Shown here: positions 17,158 through 25,611 of the stretch, one piece after another
Numbering within the stretch: position 1 is the stretch's first letter
Layout: every line of letters starts with the position of its first letter
Source: Candidatus Altiarchaeota archaeon
Lineage (GTDB): Archaea; Altiarchaeota; Altiarchaeia; IMC4; SCGC-AAA252-I15
Direction: 5' to 3'
Assembly: GCA_043813075.1 (NCBI GenBank)
Contig: JBDRLL010000008.1
Location: 1-34,969 of the forward strand
Length of the DNA stretch: 34,969 nucleotides
Notes under the pieces: model-generated
What the model was told of the DNA's origin: nothing
Seen by the model: the letters and a program-made list of their open reading frames with translations, nothing else
Database searches by the model: none
Position numbers and translations under genes: made by a program

Positions 17158-17625
17158 ATGTCTAATAGTCTCTCACGGAGGGGTCAGTCTTCCATAGAGT
17201 TTCTCATGACGTATGGCTGGGCCATACTGGTCATAGTCATCGCGGTTATAGTCGCATGGCAGTGGGGTTTCTTCAGCATCGGTGAGACTGTGAAGCCGGG
17301 TAGTTTCGGCTTCTGGGGTGTCGTTCCCAACGATTTTGTGATGACTCAGGACGGGACCCTGTATGTCTCCCTCCTGAACACTGTCGGCTCTAACGTGACC
17401 GTATTGTATTATAACGCGTCTATGGGCGGTTTTACCGATGACTGCGGGAGCTGTGCGCCCCTGCTTATTCCTGCTGGAGAGTCCCGCCTTCAGACTATGA
17501 GGGACTTGTCTCCTGGTAATCCTGGAACAAGGTTCGAATTGTATATGGTCATTGATTATTACGATAACCGGTCTGACCACACACACAGGAGTTCAGGCAA
17601 GATATGGGGCAACTACGAGATATGA
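17158..17625 (+). CDS. Class III signal peptide protein (type IV pilin-like)
   Basis: RRG|QSSIEFLMTYGWAILV: basic residues, G/Q cleavage site, Glu at +5, then a hydrophobic helix. Confidence 0.85.
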   Translation: MSNSLSRRGQSSIEFLMTYGWAILVIVIAVIVAWQWGFFSIGETVKPGSFGFWGVVPNDFVMTQDGTLYVSLLNTVGSNVTVLYYNASMGGFTDDCGSCAPLLIPAGESRLQTMRDLSPGNPGTRFELYMVIDYYDNRSDHTHRSSGKIWGNYEI

Positions 17626-17629
17626 TTGA

Positions 17630-18985
17630 TTAATCCTTCGGCAAGTGTATGGCGGAGTTGATGGCGTCCAAGACCGCTTCAAGTATTATCTCAGGGTATG
17701 TCGGGTGCGCGCGCACGGTTTCTGCGAATTCCTCTGCAGTCATCCTCCTATCCACCGCCAGGGCGGCTTCAGCTATCATGTCTGACGCGTTCTCGCCGAC
17801 AAGATGAACCCCTATGATGCGGTGGTTACTGTCAATCAATACTTTCGCGAATCCCTGGCGTGCATCCTCGCACCTGGCTTTACCGGAAGCGGCGTAGGGG
17901 AACATGCCTTCACCATGCTCTCCCGCCTCATGTGACGTGACACCCACTCTCGCCATCTCCGGTATGCTGAACACACACCATGGTATTGCATCATAAGTCA
18001 TCTCACTGTCGATGCCCATCATGTTCTCGGCAGCCACCAACCCCTCATTGGATGCGACGTGGGCGAGCTGCAGTCCTCCCGCAACATCTCCTATGGCGTA
18101 TATGCCAGTTATGTTGGTCCTCATACGGGAGTCAACCTTGATTCCCCTGTTATCGTATTCTATACCCAACGCGTCAAGCTCTTGCCTATTTATTGACGGT
18201 ATTCTTCCTACTGCCACGAGCACCTTATCTGCATTGACTTCTATGCTCCCGTCAGGAGTCTCTACATACGCCTTCCCTGAGGTCGAGTCTGTCCTGGAGA
18301 CCTTGGAGTTAACGTGTATCTTCGCGTTCTTGCTTAGGTTCTTCATGACTTCCCCTGAAATTTCAGGGTCTTCCATGGGGAGGAGCCGTTCTTCCATCTC
18401 GACTATCGTTACTTCAGAGCCTAGGCGGCTGAATATGGTTGCATATTCAACACCTACAACTCCCCCGCCTATTATCAAAAGCCTGGCTGGCAGCTCCTCA
18501 AGGCCTAGTATCCCCTCGCTGGATAATATGAATTCCCCGTCATACTCAATGCCTGGTATTCCTGCGGGCACGGATCCGGTGGCTATTATGATGTTGTCAC
18601 ATTCAAGCCGCCTGCCGTCAGCCTCCACGGTTTTCACGTCCAATATCCTTGCATTGCCATATACCACCTCTATGCTGTTGCTTTCAAGCAGCTTCTCTAT
18701 GCCCTTAACAGTAGTGCTCACGACACGGTTCTTCCATTTCAGGAGCGCGTTGAAGTCTATCCCGCTCTTCTCCACGAGAACGCCCCTCTTCGCCAGCGAA
18801 TCCATCCTCCCCATGTCCCTGGCCACAGACCAGAGCGTCTTAGTCGGGATACACCCTCTGTTTGTGCAGACGCCCCCTAGGGCATCTCTTTCCACAAGAA
18901 TGGCCTTACCGCCAAGCTGGGCTGTCCTTATCGCCGCAGTGTAGCCTCCAGGTCCCCCGCCTATTATCACGGCATCGTACTTCAT
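17630..18985 (-). CDS. lpdA: Dihydrolipoamide dehydrogenase (GCS L protein / E3)
   Basis: GGGPGGY, GGVCTNRGCIPTK redox disulfide, GGGVVGVE and HPTYPE. ATG 18985 overlaps the lplA stop (ATGA). Confidence 0.95.
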   Translation of the reverse strand: MKYDAVIIGGGPGGYTAAIRTAQLGGKAILVERDALGGVCTNRGCIPTKTLWSVARDMGRMDSLAKRGVLVEKSGIDFNALLKWKNRVVSTTVKGIEKLLESNSIEVVYGNARILDVKTVEADGRRLECDNIIIATGSVPAGIPGIEYDGEFILSSEGILGLEELPARLLIIGGGVVGVEYATIFSRLGSEVTIVEMEERLLPMEDPEISGEVMKNLSKNAKIHVNSKVSRTDSTSGKAYVETPDGSIEVNADKVLVAVGRIPSINRQELDALGIEYDNRGIKVDSRMRTNITGIYAIGDVAGGLQLAHVASNEGLVAAENMMGIDSEMTYDAIPWCVFSIPEMARVGVTSHEAGEHGEGMFPYAASGKARCEDARQGFAKVLIDSNHRIIGVHLVGENASDMIAEAALAVDRRMTAEEFAETVRAHPTYPEIILEAVLDAINSAIHLPKD

Positions 18986-19734
18986 CTTTTGTTGTTCCAT
19001 TCCTCACTTGAGTACTTAGTCTTCGCTAGTTCACCGGCTAGTTTCATCTCGCTTTCGCTTAGCTTGCCGGGCTCCAGCTCAAGGTTCATCGCCTGGGCGA
19101 ACCCGTTTACAACTGCGTTTGAAGCCTTATGAAACGACACTTCCCTGCCAAGGCAGTCTTTCACGCTTGTGACGCGTTCCTTCACGTTTTCCACGATCTT
19201 GTCCCTCATCTTCTCTGACGGCACCTTCAGCAGTCTGAACATCCTGTTGACGTCCAGCTTCAATAATATCGTCCCATGCTGCAGCATGCAGTGTTTACGC
19301 CTTGTCTGCGCGTTCCCTGAGATCTTCTTTCCTCCTGTGACTATGTCGTTGAGTGGTGCGAACTCGGATTCGATGCCCAGTGAGTCAAGGCCTCTAGTGA
19401 TTCCCCCGCACACTAGCCTGTATGATTCTAGTATGTCTTCTGGAACTTCTTTTTCCGGTATTATGATGCTGTAAGTCAGCTCCTGGTCGTGGAATACCGC
19501 GCCTCCCCCTGTTATCCTGCGCACGACGTCCACTCCCATGTCGCAGCACGCCGCCAAGTCCACTTCCTCCTGGATGCTCTGGAAGTAGCCGATGCTGACT
19601 GCGGGGGGGCTCCAGCCGTATATCCTGAGGGTTGGCTTGCTTGTGCCTTCTGACACGTGTTCCAGCACTGACTCATCCACACCCATGTTCCAGGATGCCT
19701 TCTGGAATCCTGTCTCAAGCAGCCTGCATTCCAT
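18982..19734 (-). CDS. lplA: Lipoate-protein ligase catalytic subunit (LplA-N/LipM-like)
   Basis: NMGVDE, SIGYFQ, RRITGGGAVFHD, ND, KKISGNAQ and QHGT motifs. Confidence 0.92.
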   Translation of the reverse strand: MECRLLETGFQKASWNMGVDESVLEHVSEGTSKPTLRIYGWSPPAVSIGYFQSIQEEVDLAACCDMGVDVVRRITGGGAVFHDQELTYSIIIPEKEVPEDILESYRLVCGGITRGLDSLGIESEFAPLNDIVTGGKKISGNAQTRRKHCMLQHGTILLKLDVNRMFRLLKVPSEKMRDKIVENVKERVTSVKDCLGREVSFHKASNAVVNGFAQAMNLELEPGKLSESEMKLAGELAKTKYSSEEWNNKR

Positions 19735-20002
19735 CCCACGCCTCGCTTATTGCCTTAGTGATTGATTCCGCGTCTATCCCATAGAGTATCGCCCCTGTCT
19801 CGCTTATCGTTTCCCGTATCCTATCCCCCACGTCTTTCTTGCCGCACCCTTTGATTGCATCCTCAATCCTCTCTATCGCCTCCTCAGGGTGCGCGAAGAA
19901 GTCTCCGTTGATTTCAACGTCCTTTATCTTTTCCCCATCAACGTTTATTCTTATCTTAAGGAGTTTACCGCCAGCCACCTTCAGCGTATGCCTGCCTTCC
20001 AT
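19715..20002 (-). CDS. lplB: Lipoate-protein ligase accessory subunit (stand-alone C-terminal domain)
   Basis: KVAGGKLL and INGDFFAHPEE motifs; overlaps the lplA start. Confidence 0.85.
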   Translation of the reverse strand: MEGRHTLKVAGGKLLKIRINVDGEKIKDVEINGDFFAHPEEAIERIEDAIKGCGKKDVGDRIRETISETGAILYGIDAESITKAISEAWDGMQAA

Positions 20003-20096
20003 CGTGAATGTATTTGTCGCAGAAATAAAAAAACACGGATTCTATAAAAAATAAGATAATATTATACAATACAAATATGTCTTATATAATATAACC

Positions 20097-20714
20097 TCAT
20101 TTTTTTATCAGTTTTTTTGCAATGCCTATGAATTCCCCCAGCGATTCAACCCTCCAGTCGCCGTCAACACCAATGCCAACAGTCTTGCACCCTGCATTCC
20201 TGCCGGCTCCAGTGTCAGCGGTAGTATCCCCAACCATCAGCGCATCGCCCACACCGACTCCGAGAATCTCACACGCCTTCAGTATGATATCCGGCCCAGG
20301 CTTGCCCACAGACACGTCATTACCCCCCAGAACCACATCAAAACGATCATGCAACCCCACCTGTTCGAGCGTCAGAAACATCAAGTCCCTAGGCGTATTA
20401 GTTACGATACCCACCTTCAGGCCCCTGGATTTCAGGTATTCGATGACCTCAATGCTCTCCGGGAACAGCTTAACTTCCGATATGTTCTCAGGGAAAAAGC
20501 GGTCGTAGAACCCAAGCAGCTGTTCTGGAGTGTACATGGGGAAAAACCTCTTGATGTCGTACTCGGTGGACTGCCCGAGCACATCCTCGCAGAAATACTC
20601 GTAGCTTATCTCCTCCCTACCCGCATGCTTCAGCACCATGTTGAACGTCTTATGCCATGCAGGCACTGAATCCACTATGGTGCCGTCCATGTCGAACAAA
20701 ACAGCCTTGAACAT
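20097..20714 (-). CDS. HAD-superfamily phosphatase (phosphoglycolate phosphatase-like)
   Basis: FDMDGT, VTN, KPGP and VGDTTAD motifs. Confidence 0.9.
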   Translation of the reverse strand: MFKAVLFDMDGTIVDSVPAWHKTFNMVLKHAGREEISYEYFCEDVLGQSTEYDIKRFFPMYTPEQLLGFYDRFFPENISEVKLFPESIEVIEYLKSRGLKVGIVTNTPRDLMFLTLEQVGLHDRFDVVLGGNDVSVGKPGPDIILKACEILGVGVGDALMVGDTTADTGAGRNAGCKTVGIGVDGDWRVESLGEFIGIAKKLIKK

Positions 20715-20741
20715 CGTTGAAGAAGATAAAGCGAATACACC

Positions 20742-21578
20742 TTAAAATAGGCTTGCCGCGTGATAACTGGTCCTCGCCAGCGGCTCTGAAATTACGTTAT
20801 CAAACCCCCTTAAAGCAGCCTCCTCACCGTATTGCGTGAACACTTCCGGCCTGACGTACTCAACCACCGGAGCCTGCTTGCTTCCAGGTTGCAGGTACTG
20901 TCCGAGGATCAGGAAATCGCATCCAGCACCCCTCAAGTCGTCCATAGTCCTTAACACATCCTCTTCGCTCTCTCCCAGCCCCAGCATTATGGACGACTTC
21001 GTCTTAACCCCGTCGTTGATGTCCTTAACCTCCCGTAGCGTCTGGAGGCTCCTCTCGTAGGAGGCCCTAACGTCCCTCAAATCCTGCAGCCTCTTCACGA
21101 CCTCGATGTTGTGGGCTACGACTTCGGGCCCGGAACCGACGACAGTCGCCAGCTCATCGCCAACATAGTCTGGTATGAGCACCTCAACCCTCGCGCCCAC
21201 ATCCTTTACAGCCTTCACGCATTCCGCGTAGTGTCTCGACCCGCTGTCAGGCAGGTCGTCCCTGTCCACTGAAGTCAGGACTACGTAGGCCAAACCCAGC
21301 TTCCTGACCGCGTCAGCGAGCCTGGCAGGCTCCTCATCGTCCAAAGGCATCCCGTTCTTACCGCTCTTGACAGCGCAGAACCCGCAGTTCCTAGTGCACA
21401 CGTCTCCCAGTATGAGGAACGTAGCGGTCCCGGAACCCCAGCACTCCGCCTTATTAGGGCACAAGGCCTCATCACAGACCGTGTGCAGGCTGTTCTCACT
21501 AAGCACCTGCCTGACCTTTCCGAAGGCACTTCCTCCCGGCACCTTAACTCTCAGCCAGTCAGGCTTCCGAGACACCAT
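20742..21578 (-). CDS. lipA: Lipoyl synthase
   Basis: RKPDWL, CDEALCPNKAEC (CX4CX5C), CTRNCGFC, TSVDRDDL, GQYLQP and C-terminal RTSY; ATG 21578 preferred. Confidence 0.96.
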   Translation of the reverse strand: MVSRKPDWLRVKVPGGSAFGKVRQVLSENSLHTVCDEALCPNKAECWGSGTATFLILGDVCTRNCGFCAVKSGKNGMPLDDEEPARLADAVRKLGLAYVVLTSVDRDDLPDSGSRHYAECVKAVKDVGARVEVLIPDYVGDELATVVGSGPEVVAHNIEVVKRLQDLRDVRASYERSLQTLREVKDINDGVKTKSSIMLGLGESEEDVLRTMDDLRGAGCDFLILGQYLQPGSKQAPVVEYVRPEVFTQYGEEAALRGFDNVISEPLARTSYHAASLF

Positions 21579-21655
21579 AACATAATACTCAGAAGGACAC
21601 GATAATAAAACCAATGTATTAAATGGTCAGGCATGCGACAAATTCTTGACAGGGT

Positions 21656-22549
21656 TTAGTCCTTCCCCTTCAGGTACTTGAATATCTCAGATTCTGAGGA
21701 TGTTATAATCACATTGTCCTCCTTGGGTATTATCTTTCCGTAAGCCTCCATCGTCCTCATGAAACGGTAGAACTCAGGGTCCACGTCATATATCTGCCCG
21801 TATATCTTCCCTGCCTCAGCGTCTGCCCCGCCTTTTATTACCGAGGCGTTATGGTATGCCTCAGACAGTATCACCCGCCTAAGCCTGTCTGTCTCAGCGT
21901 TTATCTTGAGCGCCTCCTCCTCTCCCTCGGAACGGTATTTGTTGGCCATCATCTCCCTCTCAGACATCATCCTCTCAAACACGTGTGCCAGGTTCTGGTA
22001 TGGGAAATTTATGCGGCGGATTTTCACATCCTTTATCTCCATCCCGTAGTCATCCAGCTTGCTTCTTGAGGACTCCACAACCTTCTTGTTTATATCGTCC
22101 CTCTTGATGCTTATGATGTCCTTGAAATCGTATAACCCCAGTTCTCTCCTGATCTCTGAGTATACTATGTCGCTTATCCTGTAGTTAGCCCCCTTCTCGT
22201 TGCCGACAGTCTGTATGTACTTCAAAGGGTCCTTTATCCTCCATATGACGTAGTAGTCTATCACAAGGTTTTTCTTGTCGCTTGACAGCACTTCCGACTC
22301 GGATGACTCGCTTGTGATCAGCCTCGCATCTAACCTCTGGATGTTCTGTATGGGCTCTGGCAGCTTAACATACAATCCCGGATCAGTTATGATCCTTACG
22401 GGCTTCCCGAATTGCGTCACCACAACGTTCTCAGTCTCGTCGACTATGAAGAACACCATGCTTAGCATGAACGCTAGGACTATGGCTGAGAGTACTATCG
22501 CCGACTTGCCCGTCCATTTCCTCTTGTTTTTCGCGTTCATATTTATCAT
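21656..22549 (-). CDS. hflC: HflC-type SPFH protein
   Basis: Single N-terminal TM; VVTQFGKP, DKKNLVID, WRIKDP, RMMSER, RSEGEE and DPEFYRFMRTMEAY motifs; ATGA overlap with the upstream gene. Confidence 0.92.
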   Translation of the reverse strand: MINMNAKNKRKWTGKSAIVLSAIVLAFMLSMVFFIVDETENVVVTQFGKPVRIITDPGLYVKLPEPIQNIQRLDARLITSESSESEVLSSDKKNLVIDYYVIWRIKDPLKYIQTVGNEKGANYRISDIVYSEIRRELGLYDFKDIISIKRDDINKKVVESSRSKLDDYGMEIKDVKIRRINFPYQNLAHVFERMMSEREMMANKYRSEGEEEALKINAETDRLRRVILSEAYHNASVIKGGADAEAGKIYGQIYDVDPEFYRFMRTMEAYGKIIPKEDNVIITSSESEIFKYLKGKD

Positions 22550-24399
22550 AATAGTAGTGGGCCCTTCTCGATCCTGCTCATGAGTTCGTCCTCGGTCAAT
22601 TCCGTGTCTGCGGTGCTCCAGTACTCTTCCTCCTCACTCATATCATATCCATTGGGGTCGTACATGGGGTTCACGGCATCTGGTTCAGCGTCTGTCTTCT
22701 GTTCCTTGTATGCCAGCTGGTTCAGGAGTATCAGCTTCGAGTAGTCTAGGCTGCCTCCTCCGTTGTCTGGCGCGTCTATTATGAACAGCTTTGTCTGTGG
22801 GAGTGTATTCTCAAGGGTCTCTATGTATATCCTTGTTCTGGTTGTGTCCATGTGTTTCTTGTACTCCTCATACACCTTCATGAACCTCTCGACATCCCCC
22901 ATGGCAGTGTTAATCCTCTGCGTCCTGTAGGCTTGGGCGTCCTGCACGATTTTCTCGGCATTGCCTCTGGCTTTAGGCAGCACGTCGTTCTGGTATGCCC
23001 TGGCGTCGTTTATTATCCTGTTCTTGTCTTCCCTGGCGCTTGCCACATCCTTGAATGATGCGGCTACTTCGGACGGCGGGTGGACGTCCTGTAGCTGGAC
23101 CGCTAGTATGTCCAGTCCTGCCCCATAGGCGTCGAGGGTCTCCTGCGCTATGGACTCGACGTCGGATTGTATCATCATCTTCCCTCCAGTCAACGCCTCG
23201 TCTATACTCTTCCTGCCTATGACCTCCCTGGTCGCAGTCTCCACAGCATCCCGTATAACCCTGTGGGGTTCCCTGGTGTTGAAGAGGTATTCCGCGGAAT
23301 CCCTTATCCTGTATTGCACTATCATGTTCACGTCAACAATGTTCTCGTCGCCAGTCACCATCATGGACTCGTCACTCACCTTCGTGTAGCTGTCTGTGGT
23401 GTGTACGCTCTCCCAGAACTCCGGTTCAAAAGAGTCGGAGTACGGTGTCTTCTCCAGCCTGAAGCCTAACTCAAGCCTGTTCACCTGCGTGACCTTGGTC
23501 TTGATTATGGCCTCCACAGGCCAGGGAAGATGGTAGTGCAGTCCTGGCTCCATTATCTCTCCAGTATGCACGCCGAACCTCTTCACCACACCCTCTTCAT
23601 CGGACTCCACAACGAATATGCCTGAAGCCAGGTATACGACTATCAAGGCCACTATCGTGTATTTCCAGAGGTTCTTAAGCCTCTTGTAGTACTTCCTTAT
23701 GTCAACAGCCATCCTGGCATGGCCTACCTGCTCGATGTTGTTCATTTCCGCGGACTCCATGTCCTGGTATAGCCCCTTTAGGAATCTTCTAGCTGACTTT
23801 GACAATATGTCAACGCCCACTTTTGCTATCATTATGGCTATCAGCACTCCAGCTATCTTGTTCAGTCCTATGCCCACAAGGGAGCCGAGGAGCGAGATAA
23901 GAACCGCCCCTGACGAGTACACGTCCATATATGAGTCGTATCCGTCTGCAACAAGGGCGGGTGAATTGGTCTTATTGCCTATGTGTATCTTGTATTTGCT
24001 CATGAAGTATGATGCGCCGAGGCTTATCAGAGTCCCGACTATCGCGAGTGGGAAGTTTGGCACGATGTTGTCGAACAGTAGCTTTGGTTCAAGGGCTCTC
24101 TTGAATACTTCATAGGCCCCGAAGAGTATGAAGAAGGATATTAGTATCGCCGCCAGGTTCTCCACCTGGTGCACTAGCTTGAATTGTTCCTTGGATTCTA
24201 TGCGCCCTATCCGTATGCTCACGTATGCGAGAACTGATGTGAGCGAGTCGACCAGGGAGTGCGCGGCATCCAGGAACAGGAGGCTGGTGTTGGACATGTA
24301 GCCGAACATCGCCTTGTTTATCGCGAGGAAAACGCACACAGCGAACGAAATCAGCGCAGTCTGCTCCTTAACGGTCTGGTTATTGCCTTCAGCTTCCAT
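22546..24399 (-). CDS. hflK: Fusion of CDF (cation efflux) transmembrane domain and HflK-type SPFH protein
   Basis: aa 1-~208: six TMs with DAAHSLVD, ENLAA, SPALVADG, DVYSS (CDF). aa ~245-570: TM, GVVKRFG, PGLHYHLPWP, TGDENIV, LQDVHPP, PKARG, TRTRIYIETLE (HflK). One uninterrupted frame. Confidence 0.9.
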   Translation of the reverse strand: MEAEGNNQTVKEQTALISFAVCVFLAINKAMFGYMSNTSLLFLDAAHSLVDSLTSVLAYVSIRIGRIESKEQFKLVHQVENLAAILISFFILFGAYEVFKRALEPKLLFDNIVPNFPLAIVGTLISLGASYFMSKYKIHIGNKTNSPALVADGYDSYMDVYSSGAVLISLLGSLVGIGLNKIAGVLIAIMIAKVGVDILSKSARRFLKGLYQDMESAEMNNIEQVGHARMAVDIRKYYKRLKNLWKYTIVALIVVYLASGIFVVESDEEGVVKRFGVHTGEIMEPGLHYHLPWPVEAIIKTKVTQVNRLELGFRLEKTPYSDSFEPEFWESVHTTDSYTKVSDESMMVTGDENIVDVNMIVQYRIRDSAEYLFNTREPHRVIRDAVETATREVIGRKSIDEALTGGKMMIQSDVESIAQETLDAYGAGLDILAVQLQDVHPPSEVAASFKDVASAREDKNRIINDARAYQNDVLPKARGNAEKIVQDAQAYRTQRINTAMGDVERFMKVYEEYKKHMDTTRTRIYIETLENTLPQTKLFIIDAPDNGGGSLDYSKLILLNQLAYKEQKTDAEPDAVNPMYDPNGYDMSEEEEYWSTADTELTEDELMSRIEKGPLLL

Positions 24400-24427
24400 G
24401 TTACCCTATCTCTATTTAATGTCCCCC

Positions 24428-24435
24428 TATATAAA
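24428..24435 (-). promoter_or_regulatory. TATA box for the CDF-hflK/hflC operon
   Basis: TTTATATA on the minus strand, ending 28 nt upstream of ATG 24399. Confidence 0.65.
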
Positions 24436-24485
24436 TATAGTGCGCATATGGGTCTTATTCCAATTATGCACATCCAGATAACACT

Positions 24486-24507
24486 TAAATGCCCTTATGG
24501 GCATTTA
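24486..24507. promoter_or_regulatory. Perfect inverted repeat, candidate operator
   Basis: TAAATGCCC-ttat-GGGCATTTA with 9-bp arms; the right arm overlaps the TATA box at 24504-24511. Confidence 0.6.
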
Positions 24508-24511
24508 TATA
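24504..24511 (+). promoter_or_regulatory. TATA box for the DUF134 operon (probably leaderless)
   Basis: TTTATATA ending 22 nt upstream of ATG 24534; no RBS visible. Confidence 0.65.
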
Positions 24512-24533
24512 CTGTTGCCGTCTATTATTTATC

Positions 24534-24953
24534 ATGGTTGACCGTGGACGGCCTAAGTGCATGCGTAATGTCGAGGGAAAACCTGATGTTGACTACTTCA
24601 AGCCTAGGGGCATACCGCTAACGGAACTGGATTCAGTTGAACTGAAGGTCGAGGAGCTTGAGGCTATGCGCCTCGTAGACTTCGAGGGTATGGAGCAGGA
24701 AGATGCTGCCAGACAAATGAAGATTTCACGACGCACCATGTCCAGGGAGCTCAAGTCTGGCCGCAGGAAAATAACGGAAGCACTTCTGACCGGCAAGGCG
24801 ATAGAGATAAAGGGCGGCAGTTTCCTGGCTAAGGGTGAGGCCTTGTTCAAGTGTGCTGCTGACGGCCACCGTTGGAAAGAAAAGTCCACGAATAAGCCAA
24901 AATGCCCTGAATGTGGTGGAAATAAGGTGAAGAGGATTAAGAATGCTGGATGA
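24534..24953 (+). CDS. DUF134 family HTH protein with C-terminal zinc ribbon
   Basis: [43 protein letters not shown]; then C..DGHRW...CPECGG. ATG 24534 preferred over 24489. Confidence 0.92.
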   Translation: MVDRGRPKCMRNVEGKPDVDYFKPRGIPLTELDSVELKVEELEAMRLVDFEGMEQEDAARQMKISRRTMSRELKSGRRKITEALLTGKAIEIKGGSFLAKGEALFKCAADGHRWKEKSTNKPKCPECGGNKVKRIKNAG

Positions 24954-25071
24954 TGAGAAAGAGGATGAGCGATCGCCGCCCTACAGGGATGGTTCAGGCG
25001 GCGGTAAGAGGGCTAACCGAGGTAAATACTGCGGTGGTGAGGGAGAGGAAACCGGAAGATACAGAGACTAA
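24943..25071 (+). CDS. 42-aa Gly/Arg-rich mini-protein (not in the ORF track)
   Basis: [42 protein letters not shown]; GAGGA upstream; fills the gap between DUF134 and the next gene. Confidence 0.55.
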   Translation: MLDDEKEDERSPPYRDGSGGGKRANRGKYCGGEGEETGRYRD

Positions 25072-25083
25072 ACTGAGGTGACT

Positions 25084-25284
25084 ATGATGCCTGGAAGGGA
25101 TGGTGGAGGCCCTGCAATGGGTCCTGGACAAGGTGGGAGAGGAAGAATGCATGGTGGGGGCCCAGGGGGTCCGACAAAGTGTGTATGCCCTAAATGTGGT
25201 TCACTTCAACCGCATGTCAGAGGCACCCCATGCATCCAGACAAAGTGCGCTAAATGCGGTTCTATGATGGTCAGGGGTGATTGA
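25084..25284 (+). CDS. Small Gly-rich, Cys-rich protein (DUF5320-like N-terminus plus zinc-ribbon-like C-terminus)
   Basis: MPGRDGGGP...CVCPKCG...H.RGTPC...CAKCG..M; GAGGTGA RBS at 25075-25081 (start 25084 or 25087). Confidence 0.8.
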   Translation: MMPGRDGGGPAMGPGQGGRGRMHGGGPGGPTKCVCPKCGSLQPHVRGTPCIQTKCAKCGSMMVRGD

Positions 25285-25592
25285 TACCTAAAATGCATTC
25301 CTATGCTGAGATAGATGCGGCTCGCAGAACCCTTTGTCTGGGAGAGTATGCGACACTTAAGGAAGTTAAGGATGCATTCAGGCGTCTAGTCAAAAAACAC
25401 CATCCCGACAAGGGTGCCGTCGATGATGCTGGGCGGATAAACGATGTGATAAATGCTTATGGCGTTTTGATTGCGTATATCGGGAAATACACGTATTCAT
25501 TCAAGTCAAATGATGTCCTGCGTCAGAACCCTGATGAGTTGATGAAGACGATATATGGGGGTGACTGGATGTGGGGCATATCCGGTAAATAA
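25281..25592 (+). CDS. Small J-domain (DnaJ-like) protein
   Basis: [17 protein letters not shown] with HPD motif; INAYGVL. Confidence 0.85.
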   Translation: MIPKMHSYAEIDAARRTLCLGEYATLKEVKDAFRRLVKKHHPDKGAVDDAGRINDVINAYGVLIAYIGKYTYSFKSNDVLRQNPDELMKTIYGGDWMWGISGK

Positions 25593-25611
25593 TCGTGGAG
25601 GATGATCTAAG

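Noticed and set aside
18012-18944. 310-aa plus-strand ORF
   Set aside because: Antisense shadow of lpdA; Ser/Pro/Thr-rich with no motifs. The same applies to other antisense ORFs such as 6069-6650, 15922-16401, 28847-29425 and 31466-31996.
20003-20096. Very AT-rich spacer with ACAAATA/TATTTGT words, similar to 32953-32965
   Set aside because: Consistent with an ordinary T-rich terminator plus promoter; the shared words are too short to call a regulon motif.
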